From a virus (lineage: Duplodnaviria > Caudoviricetes): 42,267 nt of DNA. Both the position numbers and the translations under genes were made by a program. Positions within the stretch are counted from its first letter, which is position 1. Each line of letters starts with the position of its first letter. The notes beneath the pieces were generated by a model. The model searched no databases, was not told the origin of the DNA, and saw only the letters and a list, made by a program, of their open reading frames with translations. Where the stretch lies: the IMG/VR virus record IMGVR_UViG_3300017565_000010, positions 1 to 42,267 of that record; one strand, 5' to 3'. Positions 1 to 8,533 of this stretch are shown piece after piece.

Positions 1-123
1 AGTCGACCACTTGCGGGCGTATCTGCAGCACTCGACACAATCCCGCTATCCGGCAGAGACGCGTCGCGGGCGGCGCAAAGGTCACAGTTCAATCGTGCGG
101 TTGCGCGCACATTCGGCGAGAAC
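1..123 (+). repeat. 123-bp direct terminal repeat (assembly overlap), left copy
   Basis: AGTCGACCAC...GGCGAGAAC identical to 42145-42267. Confidence 0.97.
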
Positions 124-918
124 ACTGACAATCTCACTACTGCCGTGAAGAGCGCGCAGGCGTCTCTCGGTGCGAAGTACGACGCGGTGCTGAAGCGTTA
201 TCCAGTCAACGCCGATACGGAACTGGTGAATGGCCTCGAAGATGTCTTGCAGGCTGCACGTACCGAACTGACGGACGCTCAGTTCGGCGTGATCACTCGG
301 CAAGTCGACAACATCCTCGACAAGGTTGGCCAGGGCGGTCAGATCGACGCGCAGGCCGCCTACAACATCAAAAAGACACTCGACCGCGTGGCGAGAGGTC
401 AGGACTCATCCCTTGGTTATCACGCGTCTGAGCTGCGCGACACGCTGATGGACGCATTCAATCGATCATTGCCTGGAGACATCTCGAAGAACTTCGCGAA
501 GGTAAAACAGCAGTACGGCAATCTGATTTCCGTCAGGAAACTGTTGAAGAACGGCGCCGATGGCGGAATAACGCCTGCCGCTCTCGGAAACGTGAAGAAC
601 CTTCGCGGAGAACTCAAGGACGTGGCGGATGTTGGCGCGCAGTTTCTGAAGGAGCCATTCGGAAACTCCGGAACGGCAAACAGGATGATCGGAGCAGGGA
701 TTCTGGGTGGCGCTGGTGTTGCTGGAATGCTGGAGCCCGCAACTCTGGCGACTACTGCCGCAACTTTGGGTGCGGCACGCGGTGCCAATTCCGCCTTGCA
801 GTCGGCTCCAGTCGTCGAATACCTGCTAGCAGGTTCGCCAGCGCTTCAGCGAGCGTTGCCTTACATCAATCGCGCACTACCCGCGGCGACGACGGCTGGC
901 GCGATCTCGAGCCAATAG
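1..918 (+). CDS. 3' part of DNA ejection protein (P22 gp16 position); continues from 41416 across the junction, 548 aa total
   Basis: 41416-42144 is exactly 243 codons and frame 1 is open from 1 to 918; Ala/Gly-rich helical protein with NSGTA motif; last of three ejection genes. Confidence 0.8.
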   Translation, partial: SRPLAGVSAALDTIPLSGRDASRAAQRSQFNRAVARTFGENTDNLTTAVKSAQASLGAKYDAVLKRYPVNADTELVNGLEDVLQAARTELTDAQFGVITRQVDNILDKVGQGGQIDAQAAYNIKKTLDRVARGQDSSLGYHASELRDTLMDAFNRSLPGDISKNFAKVKQQYGNLISVRKLLKNGADGGITPAALGNVKNLRGELKDVADVGAQFLKEPFGNSGTANRMIGAGILGGAGVAGMLEPATLATTAATLGAARGANSALQSAPVVEYLLAGSPALQRALPYINRALPAATTAGAISSQ

Positions 919-1047
919 CCTCTTAAACCAGCCTTCTGGGCTGGCGACATACAGCGCTTCGACAATCAGGCGCGAGATCAATCGCAGCAGGAACGCGAAG
1001 AACGGCGCGAGCAGGAGCGCCAAAAACATCGCCGTCTGCGCTTTCAC
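877..1047 (-). CDS. 56-aa membrane protein (superinfection-exclusion-like moron), not in ORF track
   Basis: Hand translation MKAQTAMFLALLLAPFFAFLLRLISRLIVEALYVASPEGWFKRLLARDRASRRRRG; hydrophobic N-terminus, basic tail; alternative ATG start at 1029. Confidence 0.55.
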   Translation of the reverse strand: MKAQTAMFLALLLAPFFAFLLRLISRLIVEALYVASPEGWFKRLLARDRASRRRRG

Positions 1048-1048
1048 C

Positions 1049-1073
1049 GAGCCGCCTTTCTAGGCGGCTTTTG
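1049..1073 (+). terminator. Intrinsic terminator before tailspike
   Basis: AGCCGCCT-TTCT-AGGCGGCT followed by a T-rich run. Confidence 0.7.
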
Positions 1074-1091
1074 TATTTCTGAGGTCAACTG

Positions 1092-3494
1092 ATGGCCCTT
1101 GTTAACTTGCCTCGCCCGCTCATCGTCGACATCAATGGCGAGCCCCTCGTGGGCGCGCGGATGTTCGTCTATGACGCAGGGACGAACAACATCCGCATCG
1201 CGTACCGTGGACCAGATTACACCATCGAGCACGAGCAGCCCATCCAATCGACGGAAGGAGGCTTGTTTCCGGCAGTCTATGTTGACCCGTCGGAAGGTCA
1301 CTACAAGCTGGTCATCCAGAACGCCGACGGCGTCGGCATCTATACCGAGGACATGCTTGAGCCGGGCCCGGCCTTGTACGAGGTCACCGAGGCTGAATCG
1401 TCGAGCTCCGTCGTTCCGGCCGACCTGAGGGCGCCTCCGTATACGCCGAACCGTTACCGAATCAACGAAACGCCCGGTACTACCGACATGGCGGCCGCGA
1501 TTCAGACGGCAAATGATGTAGCGGCGCTCGCGGGGGCGGCCTTGCGGTTCATGCCGGAGGTCTACTCAGTAGACATTGCCGCGCGTGGCGGGAGCTCGCT
1601 ATCGCAAACGGCGGACTGGGTCGGCGAAGGGCGGACCATCATCCGTCGCAAGGACTTCACCACGACCGTTGCCTCGTTCACGGTGCAGCAGACGGGTCAG
1701 ACGGGACTGCGGCTCTCGGGAATCACGTTCGACGGCCAGGTGACCAAGGCCGGAAGCACAAGTCCGAATGTCGATCTGGGTGCGGCCGGCTCCTACGCCG
1801 ACACCACGAATGAGGAGCTTTGGACCAAGCCCTACGGCGTGCGCCTGTGGAATGCCACGCGCGCTATCGTAGAGAACTGCACGTTTATGAACTTCCTGCG
1901 CGCTGGCCTCTTCATCGAAGGAGACGGGCTCGCCACGGGGATCTCTCAGGATGTGAAGGTCAGCAACAGCACCGTTCGCCGCACTCGAAGCGGTTCTGGT
2001 GGTGATGCGTTCTACGTTGGCGGCGCAACAGACGTGAAGTTCGTCAACTGCCACGTATACGACTATCAGCGGATCGGCTTCTGCTGCGAGTTCGCACGGA
2101 CCGATTCGTCGACCAACTGCCGCGATCTCGAGTTCACGAACTGCACCGCGGACTTTGGTCATGACGTTGTCGCACCGGAGAGCAACTGCGGGTTCTGGGT
2201 TGAGTCGGGCGATAACGTCAAATACGTAAACTGCACCTCCAAGAACACTGGCGTCGGATTCGTCTGCAACGCAGGAAGCAACAGCGATACCGGTACGACC
2301 CGGCCGTTCGCTGCATCCATCGGCTACATGAATTGCGTGTCACTGCGCTCCAAGGTCGCCATGCGACTCGGATTCGGCGGTACGCGTAGCACTCATGTCG
2401 TCGTATCAGGCTTCCAGGGTGAGGCGGATCGGCTAAACCCTGCTGCTGCGGGAGAGAGTCTCGGCCTGCGAGCCGGCATCCTGATTCAGGCGCAGGAAGT
2501 CGCTACGGGCGTCAATTTCCGCTTCGATCTGCGCGACGTTTCGATCACGTGCCTCAATCAGTCGACAGGCTCGGCCTCCAACGGCTTCGGCGCGATTCGC
2601 GTAGCGCAGGGCACTGTGACAGCCCCTCAGCAGCTAGTGATCAACCTCGACGGCCTGCAGACGCTCTGGAAGCTCGCAAACGGCAACGATGACGTGTCAG
2701 CCAAGACGGATTATCAGAGCGCAACAAATGGCTACTTCGGCGACGTGGTGTTTTCCGGCGCCGCGGATACGACTCCGGACGGCCGCTACAAGGGCCACGC
2801 GACCCTGTCGAACCTCCACAATCACACGTTCGGCTACGCGATGGTGTCGACCGAGATTTTCTCGACGTCGGCGAACTTCACGGTCACGAAGAGCCGGCTG
2901 TGCATGCGCAAGGCGAGCGTGGCCAATAACGGCGCGCTGACGATCGCGGACTGCCCGCTGGTTGATTTCCGGGGTGATGTGGGCTGGACAAAGATCCAGA
3001 TCGACAACTCCACTGTGGCTGACGCCGACGCGGCGAGCACGGACCGGACAGCGATCAGCGCGGGGCTCACCATGCTGAACAACTGCCATGTGCTTCGGCA
3101 GGTCCACATCAATGCCAACGGTGGGGATACGAGTCACCGGAAATTGCGCCTTGTGGCATCTGGAAACGTCTTCGATATTCCGTTCGACACCGAGCCGGCG
3201 CTGAGATTGACGCTCGCGGATAGCACCTTCGCGCATGCCAACCTGAGCGGCAACGTGTTTAGAAACGTAGGCACCGGCAACACCGACACGACGGACTCCA
3301 TGATTCTCGTGTCGACGGCTACCGGAGTCATGCAGTTCAGCGGCGCCGGGAACGCGTTTGACAACGCCGCGGTGTCCGATGGTGCACATGTCGTGCAGTA
3401 CAACTCATCCCCAACGTACAACGACGCCCCCGGAACGATAGCGACTCCATTCCTCAGCGTGATCGGAGCGCTCGCGGCCTTTGATCCAATCTGA
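1092..3494 (+). CDS. Tailspike / polysaccharide depolymerase (N-terminal particle-binding domain plus right-handed beta-helix)
   Basis: N-terminus DINGEPLVGARMFVYDAGT typical of podovirus tailspike attachment domains; DMAAAIQTA...LRLSGITFDG and repeated N/C beta-helix rungs. Confidence 0.85.
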   Translation: MALVNLPRPLIVDINGEPLVGARMFVYDAGTNNIRIAYRGPDYTIEHEQPIQSTEGGLFPAVYVDPSEGHYKLVIQNADGVGIYTEDMLEPGPALYEVTEAESSSSVVPADLRAPPYTPNRYRINETPGTTDMAAAIQTANDVAALAGAALRFMPEVYSVDIAARGGSSLSQTADWVGEGRTIIRRKDFTTTVASFTVQQTGQTGLRLSGITFDGQVTKAGSTSPNVDLGAAGSYADTTNEELWTKPYGVRLWNATRAIVENCTFMNFLRAGLFIEGDGLATGISQDVKVSNSTVRRTRSGSGGDAFYVGGATDVKFVNCHVYDYQRIGFCCEFARTDSSTNCRDLEFTNCTADFGHDVVAPESNCGFWVESGDNVKYVNCTSKNTGVGFVCNAGSNSDTGTTRPFAASIGYMNCVSLRSKVAMRLGFGGTRSTHVVVSGFQGEADRLNPAAAGESLGLRAGILIQAQEVATGVNFRFDLRDVSITCLNQSTGSASNGFGAIRVAQGTVTAPQQLVINLDGLQTLWKLANGNDDVSAKTDYQSATNGYFGDVVFSGAADTTPDGRYKGHATLSNLHNHTFGYAMVSTEIFSTSANFTVTKSRLCMRKASVANNGALTIADCPLVDFRGDVGWTKIQIDNSTVADADAASTDRTAISAGLTMLNNCHVLRQVHINANGGDTSHRKLRLVASGNVFDIPFDTEPALRLTLADSTFAHANLSGNVFRNVGTGNTDTTDSMILVSTATGVMQFSGAGNAFDNAAVSDGAHVVQYNSSPTYNDAPGTIATPFLSVIGALAAFDPI

Positions 3495-3799
3495 TGAGCG
3501 AGCAAGACGACTACGCAGAAGAGTTACGCGGCGATGGATATGAGGAAGACGTGTCAGTCAACAAAAAGGATTCTTCGTGGTTTCCCGCGCTGGCTGTCGG
3601 CATTGTCATCTCGCTGTCGCAGCTATATGTCGCGAAGCAGTCTGACCGGGGCGATACGCTCATCGAGGTCAAAACCCAGCTCGCGCTGCTCGTCAAGCAG
3701 TTCGACGAGTTCAGCAAGCGCGAGTACGTCAGCCGAGCGGACCTCGAGCGCGAGATGGCACGGATCGACAAGCGCTTGGAAGCCATCGAGAAAAAGTGA
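3494..3799 (+). CDS. Single-TM coiled-coil protein (lysis region)
   Basis: Acidic N-terminus, TM WFPALAVGIVISLSQLYVA, heptad C-terminus; TGATG coupling. Confidence 0.7.
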   Translation: MSEQDDYAEELRGDGYEEDVSVNKKDSSWFPALAVGIVISLSQLYVAKQSDRGDTLIEVKTQLALLVKQFDEFSKREYVSRADLEREMARIDKRLEAIEKK

Positions 3800-3800
3800 C

Positions 3801-4094
3801 ATGCCTGCATACCAAGACTGCGAGGACGATTCGATAACGGCCGCGCCGAGAGCCATCGTCAACTCGAACAAGGTGAGCATTACTGAACGCGGAGCAACTC
3901 TTCTGGTTGTCGCAATTCTGTCTGTGATCACCGGAATCGCGCTAATCCGTAGCGACTCCGCGGCGGATAAAGCAGAGAAGGCGGAGCGTGAATCTAGAAT
4001 GCTCCAGTACTACGTGCTGGAAATGGACGCAAAGCTCATCGCAGCTGGCGTCAAAACACCAGAGGAAGCCGTGTCGAAACGGCTGGAGAAGTAA
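3801..4094 (+). CDS. Single-TM coiled-coil protein, 97 aa (lysis region)
   Basis: ATG 3801 directly after previous stop; TM LLVVAILSVITGIALI. Confidence 0.7.
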   Translation: MPAYQDCEDDSITAAPRAIVNSNKVSITERGATLLVVAILSVITGIALIRSDSAADKAEKAERESRMLQYYVLEMDAKLIAAGVKTPEEAVSKRLEK

Positions 4095-4097
4095 ACC

Positions 4098-4274
4098 ATG
4101 TCAGGCGGCGGCGGCGGCGTGATCATCATTCAGAGTGTCGTGGACTCCGGCAAGTGCACGTCGAAAGAGGTGGCAGCCTTGCGCGCCATTCAGGATCGAT
4201 CGCCTGCTGGCTGTTCGCTGCTCGACTCGTGGCGCGTAGCGCGCATCGTGCGACGAGTTGTGCGAAGGCCGTAA
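4098..4274 (+). CDS. 58-aa hypothetical protein, not in ORF track
   Basis: MSGGGGGVIIIQSVVDSGKC...RIVRRVVRRP; fills the gap exactly, GGAG upstream, stop abuts next ATG. Confidence 0.6.
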   Translation: MSGGGGGVIIIQSVVDSGKCTSKEVAALRAIQDRSPAGCSLLDSWRVARIVRRVVRRP

Positions 4275-4505
4275 ATGCCTGAGTGGCTCATCCCGCTCCT
4301 GTCACTGCTCGCGGCAGCAGCGGGAGGATATGCGGGCGTGCATGGGCGTGTCTCTAGGGCTGAGTCACGCCTTGATCGCATCGAGCAGGAGATTGGCACG
4401 CACGAGACCGGCATCCGCGGAACGGTTCACAAAACAGCGAATCGCCTCACCGAGATCGATATGCGCGTTGCAATGCTAGAGCGCAGGAAGGAATACGAGC
4501 GATGA
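4275..4505 (+). CDS. N-terminal-TM coiled-coil protein (holin/antiholin-like)
   Basis: TM WLIPLLSLLAAAAGGYAGV then coiled coil; ATGA overlap with endolysin. Confidence 0.7.
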   Translation: MPEWLIPLLSLLAAAAGGYAGVHGRVSRAESRLDRIEQEIGTHETGIRGTVHKTANRLTEIDMRVAMLERRKEYER

Positions 4506-4927
4506 GCTCGCGCAAGATCACCGACTGTCATCCGCTACTGCAGCCACTGGTCCAAGACTTTCTGCACAACTGCACGATGGCGGGGATCGACATTCTGATC
4601 ACGACAACGTGGCGATCTCCGCGGGAGCAGGACGAACTCTATGCGCAGGGGCGAACGAAGCCCGGCCCCAAGGTGACGAACGCACGGGCAGGGCAGAGCG
4701 CACACAACAACATGCTGAACGGCTTACCGGCATCGCTCGCGATCGATGTCGTGCCGATGCGGTCCGGAAAGCCAGTCTGGGGTACGAGGGGTGATGACCT
4801 TGTGCTGTGGCAGAAGGTGGTGAAGGCAGGCGAGGACGCGGGGCTTGAGAGCGCGAGCAAGTGGGCAACGTTCAAAGAGTGGCCGCATTTTCAGCATCGA
4901 AAGTACAAAGAGCTGGTTACTCCGTGA
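4502..4927 (+). CDS. Endolysin, M15 family L-Ala-D-Glu peptidase
   Basis: RSxxEQxxLYAQGRT, SxHN, AIDV and ExPH Zn-peptidase motifs. Confidence 0.92.
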   Translation: MSSRKITDCHPLLQPLVQDFLHNCTMAGIDILITTTWRSPREQDELYAQGRTKPGPKVTNARAGQSAHNNMLNGLPASLAIDVVPMRSGKPVWGTRGDDLVLWQKVVKAGEDAGLESASKWATFKEWPHFQHRKYKELVTP

Positions 4928-5118
4928 GCCTGCTGATATGGCTGTGGTGTCACCGTACCAAGGTGCTTGGTTTTACGCAGGTCACGCTTGGAGTGCTCGC
5001 CACGGCGGATGGGATCTTCAGCCCGCTAACACTCAAATGCATCATCTTGGCTAGCGGCATCGCAACTGCTTGGGTTGGCTTTTTCAACTCATCGAAAGCT
5101 CGGAAGCCTGAGCAGTGA
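4924..5118 (+). CDS. Putative holin, 64 aa, two hydrophobic segments
   Basis: GTGA overlap with endolysin; two TM-like segments, basic C-terminus; lies between endolysin and spanin. Confidence 0.6.
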   Translation: MSLLIWLWCHRTKVLGFTQVTLGVLATADGIFSPLTLKCIILASGIATAWVGFFNSSKARKPEQ

Positions 5119-5621
5119 CATTCCTTTTACGCGTCTGGCCGCACTTGCTGATCGGCGCAGCCATCCTCGCTGCTGGCGTGTACATCAACAGACTCGGATA
5201 CGAGTCCGGCTACAACGCTTCTGAGTCAAAATGGCGTCCAGCATTTGATGCCGCCAACAAAGCCTTGGGCGAGGCCAACGAACGGACCAGACAGAAGGAC
5301 ATAGCAAGCAGGGAGCTATCGCAGAAGGCAGAGGTCGAACATGCTCAGACACTTCAAGCCCTCCAGGTTCGTGCTGCTGACGCTGATCGCCGTGTCAGTC
5401 AGCTCATGCGCAACCACGCCAAGCGTGCCAGTAGTTGCGAACTGCCCGCAGTTCCCGGAACCACCCCCATCGCTGATGAAGCCAGCCAGTTCCTCGAACG
5501 CAGTGAGCGATTTGGAGCTGATCTTGTCGCACTGGCTCGTCGGTGCGAAGAAGATGCCGCCGCCCTGACGTCACTTCAGGATTGGGTCAGGGAGCAGCAA
5601 GCTCTCGAACATCCACCCTGA
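5115..5621 (+). CDS. i-spanin (Rz-like)
   Basis: N-terminal TM, long coiled coil, two Cys near the C-terminus; contains a nested lipoprotein ORF. Confidence 0.85.
   Translation: MTFLLRVWPHLLIGAAILAAGVYINRLGYESGYNASESKWRPAFDAANKALGEANERTRQKDIASRELSQKAEVEHAQTLQALQVRAADADRRVSQLMRNHAKRASSCELPAVPGTTPIADEASQFLERSERFGADLVALARRCEEDAAALTSLQDWVREQQALEHPP
5341..5568 (+). CDS. o-spanin (Rz1-like lipoprotein), nested in Rz
   Basis: Signal peptide with lipobox VSSC, Pro-rich CPQFPEPPPSLM; embedded in alternate frame. Confidence 0.85.
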   Translation: MLRHFKPSRFVLLTLIAVSVSSCATTPSVPVVANCPQFPEPPPSLMKPASSSNAVSDLELILSHWLVGAKKMPPP

Positions 5622-6507
5622 TGTCCCGGCCCTCGTCATCCGTCTTAATCGCCTTCGTGATCGAATCGAGCTGGTTGTACTTCGGGTGCTCCAGCAGGTG
5701 ACACCAGTACATCCGCTCCCACGTTCCTGAGCGGTGCGTGTCCGGCACGTAGTGGTGTAGCCCGTAGATCGGCGCAAGCTTGCGCTTCGGCTGCTCGTTG
5801 AACTCGGCAATGGCGAGTCTTACGCCCGCAAACTCGCTGTAGCTCTGCCCCATGATGTCGTCCATGTAGCAGGGCACGCGCGGCAGGATCTTCTCGTAGT
5901 CGGCCCGAAGGACCGTAAACGCGTCCTTGGTGGCGGAGTATAGGTCCAGATCGAACGAGACGAAGCCCACCGGCGCGTGACGCTCGGCGATCCAGGCGTG
6001 CACCGTTTCTTCAACCCATCCCACCCGCAGCTCCGCCGTCGTCAGCTTGTTACGCACCTCCTGAGGATCGTGCGTGAGCTGCCCGGCAAACCACATGTTC
6101 GGCTGGTCGCGGTAGTCCTGCGGCGGAGAAAGACCCGCACCGGAATCGAAGCCAACCACCTCGATACGAACCCCAGTCATCTTCTGCGTGAGCATGCTGA
6201 TGCGCTCGAGCGCCAGCAGCCCATTCCCACCCGCCACACCGAACTCCAGCGCACTCATCGCCGGGTAGCCCAATGCACGTGCGAGAGCAGCGCCCTGCAC
6301 GACACCCCACGCGTATTCGGCTTTGCGCCGGCACACCGGATCGTCCATCAGTTGGCTGAAGGCGTACCGGAGCCATGCGTAATTGTTGTCGAACGGCGCT
6401 GGCGGCACCGGTTGGAATTCGCTTTCCCGAATCCACGCCCCGAGTCGGCGTGCCAGCGGGTAGATGACGCGGTTTCGGACTGCTGCTTTGATCCCTGTCG
6501 AACTCAT
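5587..6507 (-). CDS. TylF/MycF-like SAM-dependent O-methyltransferase (moron)
   Basis: Motifs EFGVAGG, GFDSGAGL, SFDLDLYSAT, MDD; strong GGGGGAG RBS; opposite strand to the late operon. Confidence 0.75.
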   Translation of the reverse strand: MSSTGIKAAVRNRVIYPLARRLGAWIRESEFQPVPPAPFDNNYAWLRYAFSQLMDDPVCRRKAEYAWGVVQGAALARALGYPAMSALEFGVAGGNGLLALERISMLTQKMTGVRIEVVGFDSGAGLSPPQDYRDQPNMWFAGQLTHDPQEVRNKLTTAELRVGWVEETVHAWIAERHAPVGFVSFDLDLYSATKDAFTVLRADYEKILPRVPCYMDDIMGQSYSEFAGVRLAIAEFNEQPKRKLAPIYGLHHYVPDTHRSGTWERMYWCHLLEHPKYNQLDSITKAIKTDDEGRDIRVDVRELAAP

Positions 6508-6624
6508 TTCGACTCCCCCGTGTTTTTATTTGAGCTTCGAATATAGCGCAGGGCGGGCTTCCCGCGATGCGATACCACCATAAGCTGGTAAGCGCCGTGA
6601 TGGCAGAGCACGCGCGGCGTGACA

Positions 6625-6838
6625 GCACCTCTTACGCCGCCGCACATCAATGGCTTACGTGCGGTTGATGGCTGCAATAAGAGGATCGGCCCTAGACCGC
6701 AACTTATTGAATTGTCGGAAGAATTGGATAAAAACTTGTGCTGACGAAGAAGCAAAAACAACTCCTAAAAAGTTTCATGTGGAACAAAGCGATGCGCACG
6801 GCGAGCGTCTCTTATCTCAGCCGGCGCCTCTTATTTCA
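6625..6838. other. attP region with integrase arm-type repeats and IHF-like sites
   Basis: YCTCTTA at 6628(+), 6678(-), 6808(+), 6827(+); GCGYCTCTTATYTCA tandem at 6805/6824; ATCAA-N4-TTA at 6646 and CAA-N4-TTG at 6700; AT-rich centre; immediately downstream of int. Core not identified. Confidence 0.7.
6771..6786. promoter_or_regulatory. parS-like palindrome
   Basis: AGTTTCATGTGGAACA; reverse complement TGTTCCACATGAAACT is 14/16 to TGTTNCACGTGAAACA. Confidence 0.4.
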
Positions 6839-7827
6839 TCGTCGGGCCAATCGATCTCGACGACATCAGGGACGATGTAACGCTCGGTCGTCTTCACATC
6901 AGAGTGTGCTGCCAAGCGCTGCGCGAACACCTTGCCGTACTTCTCGCCGAGCTCCGTGAGACGAGTCCGGCGGATGTCGTGGAAGTTGATCCGTCGTAGC
7001 CCAGCGCGCTCGCGTATGTGATCGAAGTGATAGCCGAGCATCGTCGTCGACAGGGGTCTGCCCCCCGCCACGCTGAAAAGGCGCCGCGTGGGGTGGGGAA
7101 TGATTCCGCGCTTCAACTCAGCAACCACCAAGGCAAGGTCGCCTTTGATCGCGATCGATATGGGAGCCTGAGTCTTCTGGGTTGTGATGACGAGGCGGCC
7201 GTTCTGAATGTTCGCCCAAGACAAGCTGCAAACGTCTGAGCGGCGCAGAGCGGTAAACCGGGCCAGACGTAGCAGCAGCCGGTATTTCGGCTCAGCGGCC
7301 GCGAGGAGGGCCTTCCACTCGTCTCCAGAAATGATCTGGCGACGCGCAGTCTCTGCATGGCGTTCAATGCCAGCGATACGGTTCTCGGTCACCCATCCCC
7401 AGCGCTTCGCCTTCTTCAGCATGGTCACCAGCAGCGTCACCACCCGGTTAGCTGTGACCTTCTTGGGAAAGCTGTCCAAGAACAGCGCCACGTCCGGCTG
7501 GCGCAATTCCTCAAGAAGCATCTCGCCCCAGACTTTCCGAATCGTGGGAAGCCAAACCCGGTAAACGCGCTGCGTGTTGGCGCGCTTAGTCGGTATCACC
7601 TCAAGGTCGAAACGCGTCACGAGGTCGTTCACGGTCTTGCCGACAGGCGCGTCGACACCAAGCATTTCCCTGTATTTGCTGAAAGCGGTCGTGAGGTCAC
7701 GACCTAACGGCTCCCATACCTGCTTGCGCTTTCCGTCGATAACGGCGTAACGAGTGAAGTAGTAGGCTCCGCCAGACTCCCGCATGTTCTGCGGGAGGTT
7801 CTTGTTACGCTTTCTGCGTCGTCCCAT
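6817..7827 (-). CDS. int: Tyrosine integrase
   Basis: Catalytic R (TALRRSD), K (TQKT), HDIRR, AH, Y (TTERY); N-terminal arm-binding region. Confidence 0.95.
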   Translation of the reverse strand: MGRRRKRNKNLPQNMRESGGAYYFTRYAVIDGKRKQVWEPLGRDLTTAFSKYREMLGVDAPVGKTVNDLVTRFDLEVIPTKRANTQRVYRVWLPTIRKVWGEMLLEELRQPDVALFLDSFPKKVTANRVVTLLVTMLKKAKRWGWVTENRIAGIERHAETARRQIISGDEWKALLAAAEPKYRLLLRLARFTALRRSDVCSLSWANIQNGRLVITTQKTQAPISIAIKGDLALVVAELKRGIIPHPTRRLFSVAGGRPLSTTMLGYHFDHIRERAGLRRINFHDIRRTRLTELGEKYGKVFAQRLAAHSDVKTTERYIVPDVVEIDWPDDEIRGAG

Positions 7828-8032
7828 ACCAGGAGATGTCCGGGCCTTTGCGCGGTTGTTGTTTTCGTTGGCCGCCTATCATGTGGCGTGCGTACTCTTC
7901 TCTGTCAACCTTCGGCCGTCCTGCTGTGCTGATTTCAAACACCCACGACCGCGCGCGTAACCATTCGATCTGCGCGGAGTGTCTGGCGCAGTCGGTGAGG
8001 TCGCGGAGTTCGTCAGGTGTCAGAAGGCTCAT
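7805..8032 (-). CDS. xis: Excisionase (DUF4224-like)
   Basis: LLTPDELRDLT...AQIEWL...GRPKV pattern; overlaps int start. Confidence 0.8.
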   Translation of the reverse strand: MSLLTPDELRDLTDCARHSAQIEWLRARSWVFEISTAGRPKVDREEYARHMIGGQRKQQPRKGPDISWYGTTQKA

Positions 8033-8040
8033 AAGGTCAG

Positions 8041-8247
8041 CTATGAGCGGAGCTTTCGGTACGACACGACGCGCTCATAGCCGAGGTAATCGAGGATCTT
8101 TCCCGTTGGCTCGCGACGCCCAGCCAGCACGTCTGACAGAAAGCTCTCCGATACTCCGATGGAACTGGCCATGATTTTCTGTCGCCGCCCGCAGAGCACG
8201 GTGATCTTGGCGCGAATCATCGAACGGAGCTGCGTCGCAGTGAGCAT
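8041..8247 (-). CDS. XRE-type HTH protein, 68 aa
   Basis: QKIMASSIGVSESFLSDVLAGRREP helix-turn-helix. Confidence 0.75.
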   Translation of the reverse strand: MLTATQLRSMIRAKITVLCGRRQKIMASSIGVSESFLSDVLAGRREPTGKILDYLGYERVVSYRKLRS

Positions 8248-8323
8248 CACGGCGCCACCTTCGTCTCGCATGACTGCATGTTTCAAGGCTTCTCTCCTCA
8301 ACACTGGCGAGCGATTCGCATGA

Positions 8324-8512
8324 TCAGAATCCGCCGTCAACGTTGCTGGTGCCGTGGCGTAGGCCGCACTTCGGGCAGATACACTCCCCAGTTGGATTCC
8401 GGACGGCATCTAAGATGGCCGCATCGAGGCCCTTGCTTTTAAGGTCTTCCATCACAACGCGCTCGCCAGCTTCGATCTGCGCACGCCTAATCCGATCAAG
8501 CAAGTCGCTCAT
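8324..8512 (-). CDS. Hypothetical protein with CxCPxCG knuckle
   Basis: GGAGG RBS; part of leftward operon. Confidence 0.6.
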   Translation of the reverse strand: MSDLLDRIRRAQIEAGERVVMEDLKSKGLDAAILDAVRNPTGECICPKCGLRHGTSNVDGGF

Positions 8513-8533
8513 TTGGGCTCACCTCCTCGACGC

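Noticed and set aside
1-123. Terminal direct repeat as biological DTR or att site
   Set aside because: It lies inside an in-frame ejection gene far from int and terS; best explained as assembler overlap of a circular sequence
6541-6625. Possible tRNA fragment or dusA/guaA-like attP core (RYHHKLVS, TTISW)
   Set aside because: No T-loop or CCA pattern; peptide resemblance too weak and outside the arm repeats
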